DNA of 64,000 bases from Psammoneis japonica (lineage: Eukaryota). This document shows positions 35,099-47,689 of this stretch, piece by piece; within the stretch, counting starts at the first letter, position 1; every line of letters begins with the position of its first letter. The notes beneath the pieces were generated by a model. It was not told the DNA's origin, made no database searches, and was given only the letters and a program-made list of their open reading frames with translations. The stretch covers positions 776,404 to 840,403 of the forward strand of contig QPGO01000001.1 in assembly GCA_008632985.1 (NCBI GenBank). Reading direction: 5' to 3'. The translations under genes and the position numbers were made by a program.

Positions 35099-35949
35099 GA
35101 TCAAGCGAGAAGAGAAAGTTGCAGAGAGTCGTTGTTGTGTGCGGATCGCCAAAAACAGCGACAAGGTCACAGAACGTGTAGAAAGATAGGAGGAGGGAAG
35201 GTGAGGGCATGACGTGGGCAATCGTGCACGAACGATCGTAGAGGATGCATGGAAACACAGGGAGGAAGGCACAAGCAGAAGCGCGAAGGGAGTCATGGAA
35301 GAGAAAGGGGCAGCAGAGAGGGCCGAAGGGCAGAGGAAGCTGTAGAGGAGCACGGAAGCAATCGTGTTCGAAGGGGCGTAGAAAGGCATGTGGAACGACA
35401 GGAGAGGAGTCACAACTAAAGGCGCAAAGGGAGTCATGGGAGGAAGGGGGGCAATTGAAGGGGTTGCTGGAGGAGGAAATGGGGAAGAGGTCAGGGGGGC
35501 AGAGAGGGGCCACAGGGAAAAGAAACGAACAAGGCAGAGAAGGAGAGGGGGCACAAGGAAGAGCAGAAAGGGAAATGGCAGGGGGCAGTTGTTGGGGTGA
35601 AGAAAGGGAGTGAAGAAAAGTGGAAGGGCAATGGAGTGAGCAGTTGGAAGGGCAATTGGCAATCGTGGAAACTGGGGGCCAGTAGAAGGGGCGTAGAAAT
35701 GTACAGGCGAAAGGAGCGAAGGGAGTGACCAAAAGGGAATGAAGAAAGGAGACGATGGCAAAGGCAAGAACGGCAGGGAAAAGGATCCGCAAAAAGAAGG
35801 ATGGCCATGGCGGAGGGTCGGGAGGCCACTTCGGGAGGTGCAGCAAAGAGCCACTGCATCCATCATGGGACGCCATCGCCACACGAATTGCCATTGTTTC
35901 AGTCTCATTCAACGAGAACGCCATCTACACATGCTGTGCAAGCACTTGC

Positions 35950-38600
35950 ACTTTGTTTTGCAATGGAGCTTCTCCCATTTTCTGATGTTGCTCTTTGCAA
36001 TCGGATGGACGGACGGATGGGAGGATCCTCGTCAGAACGTTAAAGCACAATGCCCTAACATGCAATCCAGGAAGTGAGTCGATTGTGTGAAATGTCAGCC
36101 CCGCAGTCCTTTCCAACCCACAAAAGTTGCTGCACCATTCCCTTGGACACAAAACTGCCCCATCCAACACAATTTGCAATGGCCTTTGCACTGTCACTCC
36201 TCCAATTGATCGGTGTGCCATCCGCCATCCGGCACACGCAATGACTCCTCTGCTGTGCCAGCGCACCCGGCGCCACAAGCACCAACAAAAACCCTGGCCA
36301 TCCAGCACTTGCCCCTCAAGCACACTGCTGGTGTTGATGCCCAACTCACCCTGAGGTTACAACTGCCCAGCCATCAATGTTGCCATGATCCCAAAACCAC
36401 ACATCCCCTCCTCCCAGCTCCTCGCTTGGTGCCTGGCCAGCATGCTCGGGGTGGTGGCGGGGCTTTTGTGATGCACTTGGCTGCAGCAGAGGCCCACAGG
36501 TGAGGCGCAAGCTCTGCAACAAAATTGTCAGGCAATGAACAAACCAGTCATCACTGACAGAAAAAGGGGCCATTTTGCAAATGTCCCTCCTTGTCCATTC
36601 TTGAAGCAGCTGCACTCCAAAGAGACACCAAACACCAAAGAGCACACCTGGCCAATTTTCATCTTCAGAAATGGCTGCCATGCATGTGACAAAACAAAAC
36701 ACATGATGCAACAGCCTGGTGGTGTGAGCTGCCACCTGGAGCTGGAGCTCATCACCTGCCCGACACACTCCAGGAGCACCAGATGATGACACACAAAATG
36801 ACAATTTCGTTGATTTTCATGTCAATTGTGTTTGCTTGAGATGTCATCCTGTGGTGAATCTAGACTTTGGCAAATGTTTTGAGGTGCACACCAATGTCTC
36901 TAAATGTCAGCCCAGATTGTCAGCGACATCTCAAAATGACAAACCAACAGCACACTCTGCAGCAGAGAGATCTCTCAACAGCGCACACAAACAAATTGCA
37001 CAACAATGGAGAGAGAATTGGTGGCCATTGTGGAGATGTTGAAAGCATTTTGATTGATTTTCCTTGGAGGAGGCTAACATGCAAAGAACATGACCCCAGC
37101 CCAGTTGCTGATGCACTCAGCCACCTCTGGCTGGCACCTGGCTTGCCATTTGAGTGCATTCCAGACATTGCTGTGATGTCAGATGGTTGTCCACCACATG
37201 GGGCCTTTAACATGGATGTTGCAGAGACGCTGTCACTCCCTGTTGGCTTCAAGCATGTTCAGATGGAGCAGCAAAAGGACAAGCACCTGCTGCTGTTGCA
37301 GGAGAAGGGCTCACACCTGACTGCTCCATCCATGTGTTCCATGGGGGCAAGTTGTCATGGCAGTCGATGCGCCATCTGGACAACATGTGTGTGCCCCAGT
37401 CATTGCAGATCCCTCTGACTGAGTGGCAACATGAGCAGCTGTGTCATCCAGGTGAGACACACACTGAAGTGTCAACAGCCCAGAGCACTTCTGTTGGCCT
37501 GGCATGAGGTCTGTGGCACACACTGTGTGGTTGAGTGCAATCAGCGGCAGAAGCCAAAACACAGGACACACAGCATCATGGCAAGCTGCCAGAAAAGGCA
37601 ATTGAGACAATCCCTCAAAGAAACCTGTGTGCAGACGCACTCTGTTTGGTGTGTTTTCTGGCAAGTTTTCTTGCTCCAGTTTCTTTGCCATCTTTGTGAG
37701 GACACTGTCCCACATTGCTTGTGTGAGTCAATGACAGACAAAGAGCAAGTCTGGCTGTGACACCCTTGCCACATTCCTCACCATGTTGCAGCACAAACCC
37801 AGCATTTTCTGGGCAGGGCAGACATTTTTCTTTCCATTGCAAGTGGGCTTGTTCCAAGGAACAGATGTCTGCAGCTGCTTTTGCACAGGTGGCTGATGGG
37901 GAATGCAACCACGGCCGGAAACCCTGCTGCCAAACCTCTGCTCTCCTCCCCCCACCATCACACAGGTGCTGGGGCATGGAAGAAAGACACTGACAAGGAG
38001 TGCCATTGTGGCGTGGGGCAAGCAAATCCTCAAAAATGTTGAGTGGCAAGGCCAAGAGGCCACAACAACTGCACCACAAACTTGGTCGCTTGTTTGATGG
38101 TGAAAACAAACACATGTCCAATGACGAAATTCTCGCACTGCAGAGCTTGCACGCGGAATTTTGCTGTGGGTCCCATGTCACACGGAGTCCCACCCAGGGC
38201 TGGAATGTGTCAGGAGACCTTGGGCCTCTTTGCAGTGCACTGGTCAGATGCTTTGGTGCATGCAGCATGTCTCAAGAACCAACTTTGGCACTCAACAATT
38301 GACACAACCCTCCGCCAAGCTTGGGCGGGTGACATTCTGGATCTTTCTCATCTCAGGGCTTTTGGTTCTCATGTTGATGCTTGCTGCCCTGGCAACCTGC
38401 TGCCAAGCTTGATCACCATTTGTTCAACCGCGTGTGTTCCTCAATGCACTGCAGCAGATCACAACATCTGCTGCATTGACACTCAGACATGGGAGGCTGA
38501 GAGAAAACAGCGACAAGTGCAACGTTCAATGAAGCACACTTCAATCAAGCTGTTCAACCCCCAGCCAGGCCCCAAATGCTGTTTGACCTTGGCATGAAGC
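35950..38600 (+). mobile_element. Degenerate Ty1/Copia retrotransposon fragments (gag/protease-integrase region)
   Basis: HWSDALVHAACLKNQLWHSTIDTTLRQAWAGDILDLSHLRAFGSHV at about 38230-38380 is the Copia integrase C-terminal signature. The segment 37655-38000 is repeated at about 41578-41905. The left boundary is uncertain. Confidence 0.7.
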
Positions 38601-38663
38601 AAGTTGCACCCCAAGGCTCCAAACACAACCTGGCTCTCTCAATCTCTTCCTGACCAAGCCTCC

Positions 38664-38922
38664 GGCCATTCCAGCTCCAGGTGCTCCGCGCGGGTTCGAT
38701 TCCCATCATTTGGCAATTTGTGCATTTGGCGCAATCAACTTTTTCCAAATCCGTTTTTTGCCAAATCGAAGGGCAAGTGTGCACTTCACATGCATTTTCG
38801 GGTGCACACTCACCTTTCGATTTTCAAAACGATCAAAATTGAAGGAGTTAATTGCGCCAAACTGTGCAGAAAATCGGCCTCTCTCGTGATGAAAAGCAGA
38901 TCACCTGGAGCTGGAACAGGCC
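38664..38922. mobile_element. MITE (copy 2 of the family at 14309-14631)
   Basis: Termini GGCC-ATTCCAGCTCCAGGTG and CACCTGGAGCTGGAACAGGCC. The fold-back interior is homologous to copy 1. Confidence 0.8.
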
Positions 38923-40254
38923 CTCCCTGGTCCAGTGCACTTTGATGTCCACAGCTTGGTGAAATGTCTTTTTTGCAAATGAGGACAAACTTGCCACTGC
39001 TGCTTCACCCCTTGCTCCAAAGGATCTGCGTCGTCAGATTTCATCGCCATTGCTGCAATTTCCATTGACGGCTTGTGTGGTCACTGCTTTGATGTGCCCC
39101 TTCCCTGCCATGGCACCCAGAAGCCTCATTTTGGATTCAAGCTTGGCTGCAATTTAGGCTGAGGCCACCTGCATTTCTGCCACTGTCATCTCGGGTGTGG
39201 CGCTGCTCAGAGATCCCCTGCTGTTGCTCTGAGCTGTGCCGTGCTTGTCTCACATCTGTCGGTCAACACTCTCACCCCATCACCAGCAAAAATTCCTTGA
39301 AGCTGCCAGATCAATGCCATGGCCACCCTGACTGTCCAGAAGCAATGCTGCGGCTTGTCCATGACTGCCTCTCTCCATCCCTTGACTCCACGGGCCTTCC
39401 ACAGCTGTCCCTTGTCAATTGACCAGATTGACCATAACAGACAGCTTGCCTCACTCAAGGACCCATGTGTCCCCATGACACACAAGCTAGATTCCTGGCC
39501 TGAATGGGAGAACAAGGCATGTTTGACCCTCCTGCTCCTCCGCCACCTGGCGCTGCTGTTTTCAATTGGGCGTGGCAGCGTCTCATCAAGAATGATTTGG
39601 GCCACACCAAGAAAGCTCTTGCACACTGTTTCTCTGTCCTTTCTTTAATTGGTGCACCTTGTGTCGAGATGCTGAGCTTCAGCACACACACACGGCCCCT
39701 CTGCACAGAGCCTTGTTGTGGCCCCATCGGACGATGCTGCAGCTGCAGCTCTGAAGCACCAACAATCAAGGCGACGACTTTCGTGCATGTCAGAAAGCCA
39801 TTGGCGAGCTGATGTGGGCCATGGTGACCATCCGTGTTGACCCAAGAAGTTTCTCTGTTGCAAAGCTGAGTCGGTTCAGCTCAAATCCCAGCGAGGCACT
39901 GAGCTTCCTCTTCATGCCAAGAGGAAATGTCCGGCAGGACCTGCACCGTGGTTTCACGAAAGGCGACGTCATCAGAGACTAAAAGCACACATCATCATGA
40001 TTGAGAAAGAACACACCACAACTGATGGCAATAATAACGCGTTTTGACGAACATAGCAAGTGCCGCTCCCGGCAAAAAAGTTTTGGTGGCGAAGAGCGAC
40101 AAAGGAAGGGGATATTCATAGCCCGACTCCATAGCATTGTTGGATATAGAGAGATCTTGTTGCTTTGGCCCCAACTTTTTTCTTCTTTTTAAAAATTTGC
40201 AAGCTTTGGGGTTCGAAAAAGAAACAAGCGCTTAATTGGCGACCATACGGTATT

Positions 40255-41394
40255 ATGATGCAACAAGACGTGAAAAAGGCCATAACAAACGCCATTGGTG
40301 ATGGAGTGAATTCCATTGTGGAATGCGTCGATGTGGACGGCATCATTCGTCGAATTGAAATCAATCAACTCTTGGAACGCGTCGACTTTAATGCCGTATT
40401 GGACGGCATTGACTTTGATCGTCACCTGGAACGCGTCGATCTGAATCGAGCGATGGCACGAGTAGATGTGGATGCCATTGTTCAGAGACTGGATGTTCCA
40501 GCCATTGTTGGTAAATCAGACATTGGAAGTATCATGGTTCAGTCAACGACTGGTGTGTTTACACATGTATTGGATTCACTTCGAACGCAAGTAGTTGTCA
40601 TTGACTTGACGATTCTCAGAATCAAGCAATTCAAACGATGGAGTGAGACAAAGGGTGCCCTTCCACTTGCGCCAGGAGATCCGAGTGAATTAGAGTACGA
40701 TGCGTGTCCAGAGGAACGGTCGGAAAAGGCTGTTGCGGTCCAAGGTCGCTATGCTGGACTCTTTTCGAGGACTCTTGCTCTATTCGTCGATAGCGGCATT
40801 CTGATTGTTAGCTATGCATGTGCCATTCTCATTGTACAACTCTACTGGATGCTATTTGTTGGCGATGTGAGTGCACAAGAGTTTCGTGCCAAGGTCAATA
40901 AAGAGAATGTCTGGGCGATTGTCAATCGAGAGTACGCATGGGCTTTCTTGCTTTACACCATCTATTGGTTTCTTTACAATTTTGTTAGCACCATCTTGAC
41001 TGGTCGTTCGTTAGGAATGGGTTTGGCCGGAATCAAAGTCATTGATAGTAAGACTGGTCAAGAGGTTTCGGGAACGCAAGCCTTGTTGCGAACAATGATC
41101 ATGCCATTTAGTTTGACATTCGTTCCTATTCTCAATCTTATTGGTGTTGTGAGGAGAGACGAACGAATGCTGCATGACATTGTGACTGATACAGGCTGTG
41201 TGTATAGATGGAATGCTCGCATGGCAGGTCTACGTGAAAAGGCAGAACGAGCCGAAGAGGAAGCGGAGGTTCGCCGTCGACATTTGGAACGAGCGCATCG
41301 GGCCTCTCTTCGCTTATCAATCAGCGGTGAGGAGCAACAAATCGAAACTCGCCTCTCCGAAGACTCAAAAGCAGCAGGGAAGAAAGACCACTAA
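40255..41394 (+). CDS. RDD-domain membrane protein with N-terminal (V/I)D.(N/D)A(I/V) heptad-like repeats
   Basis: YAGLFSRTLALFVD, GRSLGMGLAGIKVI, ALLR and R..RMLHD are RDD family motifs. The ORF is intact and intronless. The start may lie further upstream. Confidence 0.85.
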   Translation: MMQQDVKKAITNAIGDGVNSIVECVDVDGIIRRIEINQLLERVDFNAVLDGIDFDRHLERVDLNRAMARVDVDAIVQRLDVPAIVGKSDIGSIMVQSTTGVFTHVLDSLRTQVVVIDLTILRIKQFKRWSETKGALPLAPGDPSELEYDACPEERSEKAVAVQGRYAGLFSRTLALFVDSGILIVSYACAILIVQLYWMLFVGDVSAQEFRAKVNKENVWAIVNREYAWAFLLYTIYWFLYNFVSTILTGRSLGMGLAGIKVIDSKTGQEVSGTQALLRTMIMPFSLTFVPILNLIGVVRRDERMLHDIVTDTGCVYRWNARMAGLREKAERAEEEAEVRRRHLERAHRASLRLSISGEEQQIETRLSEDSKAAGKKDH

Positions 41395-41574
41395 TGTCAT
41401 AGTGGCAGCATGTTAAGTAACAGTTTATAGTGTTGATTGTCTATGCACCACATGCTTGAGATTTAGGCGATCATCGCTGGCGCCGATCGCATGAACGAAC
41501 TTCGTCAATGACAGTCGGTTCGAGATCGACATAGCACGCGGGACATGCTTTCAAAAGGTGTTAAGGGCATCATC

Positions 41575-43700
41575 GCATTTTCTGGCAAGTTTTCTTGCTC
41601 CAGTTTCTTTGCCATCTTTGTGACACTGTCCCATGCAGCTTGTGTGAGTCAATCACAGAGGAAGTAAAAGTCTGATCATGCCACCTAAGCCACGTTGCAA
41701 ACCCAGCATTTTCTGGGCAGGAAGGCTGCTTTTTCCATTCTCAGTGGGCTTGGTCCAAGGAGCAAATGTCCACAGCTTTTGCACAGGTGGTTGACAGGGA
41801 ACACCACTGTGACTCCTGGTCCCACTGCCAAACCTCTGCCCCCCCCCCCCCCCCNAGCCATCCATCACACAGACACTGGTGCATGGATGAAAGACAATGA
41901 CAAGGAGCGATGTTGCCACAAGAATTGCCAGGTGAACATTTGTCACACTGCACCCAAGTGCTGCAAAAATGCAACGGAGCTCAGGGACATGGACACCTGT
42001 CTCACTTTGTTGATTTCCATTGTGCCTGAAAGTTTGGCAACAGATGTGACACATCCACGACTGCTCCAGCCATGTGCAAGTCATCCGTGCAAGACCAACA
42101 ATCCTGACACATGTCATCATGGGGTGAGGTGGTGCAATCTTCCATTTGCAAGAAATGGTTGAAGGTGGCCAAGGTTGAGATTGCCACTCTTGCATGTTGA
42201 GGAATGTGGTGGGTCACAGTGCCCACATCCAATGTTCAAACCAAGATCCTTCCTGGTGCTTGGGCATTTCACCACAAGCAGACGCCAAGTGTCAGCAGAC
42301 AAGCATGGGAGCACTCCAATGATGGAAAGGTGGCTTCAATCCTCTTGCGTGGGTTCCCCATCCACATTTCTGCCCAGTGCTTGAGATGCCACGGGTGGCA
42401 AGTTTGGCTTGCAGCCTGCAACTCCAGCAGCAGCAAAAATCTTTTGAGTCAACCTTCTCTGAGACAACTCAACAATGGTGCCACCATCATCTTGCCACCC
42501 GTTTCAAACTTGACACCCAAAAACTTGGTCAAACTGCCCTCTTTTGTCAATTCAAATCCTTTCTCACACACTCAGGACAACACTTGATCAATGGTGGACT
42601 TGTGTGCTGCACTGATGCCACAATTGTTGACGCACAGATGCATGATGCAATCCGTGTAGATCAGGAGGCATTGACCACACTTGCTCTGGATGAATCCCAA
42701 GTCCAAAAAGGCTTGTGGGCAGTGTTTGCATCACAACTTTGGAGCCAAAGAGAGTCCACAGAGACTCTTGACAAGCTTGCTTGAAACAAGTTTTGGGTCC
42801 TCCAGGCAGTGGACCTAAAACCACATGGAAGATGAGTCCAAACCGGCTCTTGCTTGGGAAGCACCATTTGCACAAATGCAGGCTGAAAATCTGCCAACAC
42901 AGTGTGCCAGCCAAGGACAAAACTCAATGTCAAGAACACCCAAGCAGCGCTCCAAGCAAAAACTGGAGCACAGGTGTCAAATGGACTCTCCCTTCCTGCA
43001 GATTGCCTCAACAGCAGCACCAGGTCTTTTGTTTGTTGACCTCGCCTGATCCTGACATCTTCTTTGCTGTCCATCAGTTTGTAAGCTTTGACTCCAACCT
43101 GAAGCAGTTGCGCGCCACTGCCATCAAGACCCTTGTCTCTGACACCTCAAAAGAACACACAATCAGGAATGCTGCCATCCCCAACTGGTTGCTTGGATTT
43201 TGACTTGTGGGTTGATGCATGATTTGCTGGTCTCTGTTGCCGCAAACTGGGCTCTGATCCAAGTTTGGTCAGGTCTTGCACAGGACACCTGCTGATCACT
43301 TTCAACAGGCATCCTTTGACATGGAAGTTGCAGCACCAGTTGCGTGCTCCACCCTCAAAGCCAAGTGTCAAGCCACCTCCCATGCCCTTTGAACACCTCT
43401 GCCTGCTCTTTGAAGAATGTGCTCCTTGAGATCATCTCCACTGTGGACATCTCCCAAGATCTCAGAACATCTGTTTGTCTGCACACGTTTGAAGACAACC
43501 AAGGTGCTTGCTGCCTGGCTGCACAAACTGTGTCAAGCATTGTCTCTTGTCAAGCTGCACTGGCTCTGGCCACACTGCAATGAGCTTGATGCATTCAAGG
43601 TGCAGACAGCTGACCAACTCATTGATTTTCTCACAAAGCCTTTGACTTGAGAACTCTTCCAGAACAACAACTGGTTGAAGGTCCAAGGGTGGTGGTCTGT
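41575..43700 (+). mobile_element. Degenerate Ty1/Copia remnant (RT-RNase H)
   Basis: PDIFFAVHQF...ATAIK, TFEDNQGA..LA and TADQLIDFLTKPL match Copia RT/RNase H motifs. Many stops and strong TpA/CpG depletion. Confidence 0.85.
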
Positions 43701-44309
43701 TGGAAACATGTTGTGGCTTTGTCAAGATGCAGGAGGTTTGCTCTGAACTTGTGCAAATTGTGCGAGTGTTCTCATTTGCAATTTCCAGGTGTTGGTTGCT
43801 GAAATCTGTAAATGAGAGGGTGAGTCATGGGTCATCTGTCCACTGACCCAATCTTCCATTTGTGTCTGTCATTCCACCCATCATCGAACTCTGATTGAAG
43901 CTCTTTTTACACCATGTCAACACCTCAAATTTCAAGCTTGTTGCTGTGTGAGCACCACAGGCAGTCTGCAGATGTTGGAACAACCATGGATCACTTCAGC
44001 AGCACTTGGTTGGTTGATTGTCGCAAAGATGTTTGTTGCTGAAACTTGCGCCACAAGTCTCTGATGGTGCAAGTGCGCATGGAAGAATCTCAGTTTGATG
44101 CACTCAGCAGATTCAGTCTGGGCAGCTTGCAATCAGGTCACCAGGGGTTTTGTGAAGACTGTTGACTGAACTCTTGTTGCTGTGCGTCAGCGAGAATGAC
44201 CTCCCCGCTTGTTGTGTTCTGACCTGTCTGGGGCTTTGGACTGTTGGAGTGGACATTCAGCCAGTGCATTGGGAAGACACTCAGAGCTTTGCTGTTGTGC
44301 AAGCTTTGA

Positions 44310-44675
44310 CTCTGTGCAAGCCAACAATGTAGCAACTGCATGTGCCACAATGCTTGCTTTGAAACATGACCTTTTGGATGCTTTGTGTGTTCCCCAGCTT
44401 TGCCTGCAAGGAGGGCATTCTTTTGGCTGGACTTCTTGAGGACACACACGCAGCACCAAAACCAAACAGCACCAGCGGCAACCCCACCTTGACAAGCAAT
44501 TGAGCTGAAGTTGGCACACTTTTCTCAGATGAAGAACTTGGGTTTCTGCAACCCAGCTGTGACAGCACAGACCAGGCTCTTCTCAATGCACGATTCAGCC
44601 ACAGGCACTCGTCATTGTTGCAACAACTTGAAACCAATGACAATGAAGTCAACTGTTGTTGATGGCAGATGCTGC
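44310..44675 (-). pseudogene. Hypermutated partial duplicate of COX16 (upstream region, exon 1, part of intron)
   Basis: Aligns to about 29348-29690. The intron donor GTAAG has become GCAAG, and nearly all TA and most CG sites are converted to TG/CA. Confidence 0.93.
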
Positions 44676-44711
44676 AGTGCTCTCTCTCTCTCTCGAACGA
44701 ATGATAAAATT

Positions 44712-44713
<2 letters not shown>

Positions 44714-44769
<56 letters not shown>
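44714..44769. repeat. (CT)n microsatellite
   Basis: Pure CT run at the edge of a mutated block, followed by CTACTCTACTCTAAGAGAG. Confidence 0.97.
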
Positions 44770-44772
<3 letters not shown>

Positions 44773-45332
44773 CTACTCTAAGAGAGCAGCAGAGTGTTGT
44801 TGTTGCTTCGCATCTCAAATCTCAATCTGGAATCAGAGCGCGCTTCGCGCTTAGTCAGAAACTTAAAGCACATCACCCTAATATGTAACCAATGATGTGT
44901 GTCGGTTGTGAAATAACGTATGCATGACCGAATAAGATATAATTTCCCTTGCTCTTTTTGCGTCGTCTCGGCGTCCGGTTTTGATATGCCACGTAGGCGT
45001 CACATAAAGAAAGAACAAAAACATCAACTTCTTCAACGTTGCAGAATACTTTTATTTTTATTCGCGATTGTATGTCAATTTCAACAAAGAACATCTGCGT
45101 ATGTCATTGAAAGGGCTTGTTTTGGTACGAAACGTCGTATGTATGTTTCGTACACAAATCTTACGTGGATGTTGACACCCACCGTAGAGACACGTGAAAA
45201 ATGTACCAGAACGGCCGAGTGTCATTCGAATCTGTGATACTCAGTACAAAACTCTGTAGAAGCTACGGAACAGAATTGTTGTTCAAGATCCCACACTGAA
45301 CACAAACAACCAAAACGCAACCAGAGTTCCCC

Positions 45333-46796
45333 ATGGCACTTGCGTCGAGAAAGACGCGCTCAGCGGGGCCATGTTCACCTCAAAAGACACTTATACGTTT
45401 CGCTACGTTGATGGGAACCTTCATAATGAAAGAGACGGAAGGAGAGGGAGGCAAGAAGTCGCGAAAACAAGTTGTTCCGTGTAACGAGGCGCTCGCTCAG
45501 CTCGTTTCTATCGATGGAAAGGGCACTTTTTCGTTTCCGTCACTGGCTTTACATGGCACTCCAGAAAAGCATGAGACTCTACCGTCTTCTGACAAGCACA
45601 AGGTGGAGGCAGTGGCCGAATCGGACCTCTCGAGACCGATCATTGTCGTCGGCAAAATCGACCGTGATGACAACAACGGGAGCGGTCATTGTCGTACTGT
45701 TTCTACGGGTGACGCGGCCGACGTGCCAATGCCCTTAAGTAAGAATGGCGGGCAACATCTGCTGACGCAAGCTGGTGTCAATTCTTGCGCGCAAACTCTT
45801 GACATGACACAGATTGCCGAGGTACCGCATGTCATGCTGGAAAATCTATCGGGGTCTTTCTCGTTGTTGTTAGAGGCTCGGCTTCGAGCTTATGCAACTT
45901 TCCTATCGAGGCACGAAGCGTCCTTGGCAAAATGCACTGATATGTCGGAGGAAGAGAGGCAGGAGGCTGTATTTGCGATTGACCATAAGCTTGCTACTCT
46001 GTTGGAGATTGGCACCCACACGTCAGTCGACTCTATTGTCACATCTTTCCATCCGCAGTTAGCTGTTGATTCCTTGCCTATGGCTAAAACAGACGACGAT
46101 GAGAATGTTTCAATGCCGCTCACAATGGAGGCCGTTATGGATATTACTATCCCTGATGTCGATGGAGGAAGCGAATCTGTCACAATTTCGTTGCGCGTTC
46201 CTGGCACCATAGATGGTAAGTATGCGTCTGTACCGTACTGTAGAGGGATTCAACATTATTTGTAAAAAACTTCCAACCTCTAACGCTTGTTTTCATGTAT
46301 GGTTGTATTAGGTTCTTTCGAGCAAGGCTCTAGCCACGCCAGGCTCAAGTCTGTACGTATCGATGTGGACACGCATGAACTGTTGGTGGCTCTAATTGAT
46401 CGCGCTGGGCAAGTCATGTCCGCTGCTGTCGAAAAGGCAAACGCGACTGTACTGTCGTCACATGTCGCTGAGCACGATGATGACTCGTCCAGTCACAAAC
46501 CCAAGCTGGCCACAGAAGAGTCTACACATGATGACATGCCTCCCCCGAAGCCCCGCGATTTGCATCACAAGCGCAAGCATCTGGTCGGATCACCAACTGT
46601 TGTGTCGCCCGACATTGGATCCCTATCTATTGACGACGCGCCAAGTCCTGAGAAGACTCCACCTCCTCTGCAGTTGGACGACGACAATGAGAGTGACTTG
46701 TCCGTCGAGCGTTGCGTCAACATTGTCGACTCCTTGATCGGAGAAATGGACACCGAGTGCTTTGGGCCACCAATGAAACGACTTCACGCGAATTAA
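45333..46796 (+). CDS. Two-exon protein of unknown function
   Basis: ORFs 45333-46265 and 46287-46796 join in frame through intron 46216-46311 (GTAAGT...CTAAC...TAG), giving ...GTIDGSFEQ.... Normal dinucleotide composition. Confidence 0.85.
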
Positions 46797-47689
46797 ATCA
46801 GCTTTCTCAAGAATATCTCCGCCATCAGATCTTTCTGGTCTTGATGCTTTTGACTCAAATTCCAAGTACTTATCAATTGCAACCAGTGCAAAGACTTTTT
46901 CCAAGGGGTACCCCCACCCATTCCGTACCCACCCAGTCAGACAAGGACAACTGCCACAAGTGTTATCAATGTCCAATGTGCAAGAAGAGCATGTCCTTGT
47001 CCGCATGACCATACGCTATCCGTAACGATTCATCCCTTCACCAAATACAGCAACATCGTTACGCTGAAATACATACATTCAACAGCAGCAACATGGAGCC
47101 AATATATAATCATCCACTCACTCGGGCCTTGCTGCAGCAATTCAAAACTACAAAACTCATATCCACCGTATACAACACACTGACCAACAACCAAGAATTT
47201 TTGATTCACGATGGATTGGAGACACATGGTTGCGACTAACCATGTCGTTTCCATCAACCGAAAAAAGTCGGACCGTTCTCTATTACTGAATGATACATCA
47301 CCATAGACATAAAGCGTATCAGGTAGAGACGGTTCAAAACATATTGCATTTTATTTCTGTTGCATATTTCTTGTCTCCTCATTAACACTGTGCGTGTTCT
47401 CTTATTGTATGATTTGATTTACAGTACCGGTAGATAATCTGGGAATCAAATCGTAGTATGGGGTCGTTGTGATGCGCAAGGCCAAAACTTGCAAAAACAA
47501 GCTACAGATAGTAGGAATTGGATGGCACAACAACTAAGATACTATACACGTAGATGACATTGACATAGATGCGTCTGCACTGAAGAGAAAGAAAATAAAA
47601 CTGCTTGTGCCATTCCCAAGTTCATTCCGATCGGACGTTTTACAGTCCTGTAGACCAAGACCCCATCTGTGCCAGCAATCAGAAAGCTC

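Larger units (their letters stand above)
29697..35900 (-). mobile_element. Near full-length CRE-clade-like non-LTR retrotransposon with restriction-like endonuclease
   Basis: Two overlapping ORFs and a pyrimidine-rich repetitive 5' UTR (about 35100-35800). The 3' end is about 65 nt upstream of the COX16 ATG. The 5' boundary is approximate and no TSD was found. Confidence 0.88.

Noticed and set aside
35099..35908. N-terminal extension of the 829-aa ORF
   Set aside because: Pro/Phe/Leu low-complexity translation of a pyrimidine-rich repetitive 5' UTR; MSALASAPP at 35098 is the more plausible start.
37655..41905. Repeat pair flanking the RDD gene as LTRs of one element that captured it
   Set aside because: The repeated segment looks like internal coding sequence, lacks TG...CA ends, PBS/PPT and TSD, and is considerably diverged. 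Two separate Copia fragments are the simpler explanation.
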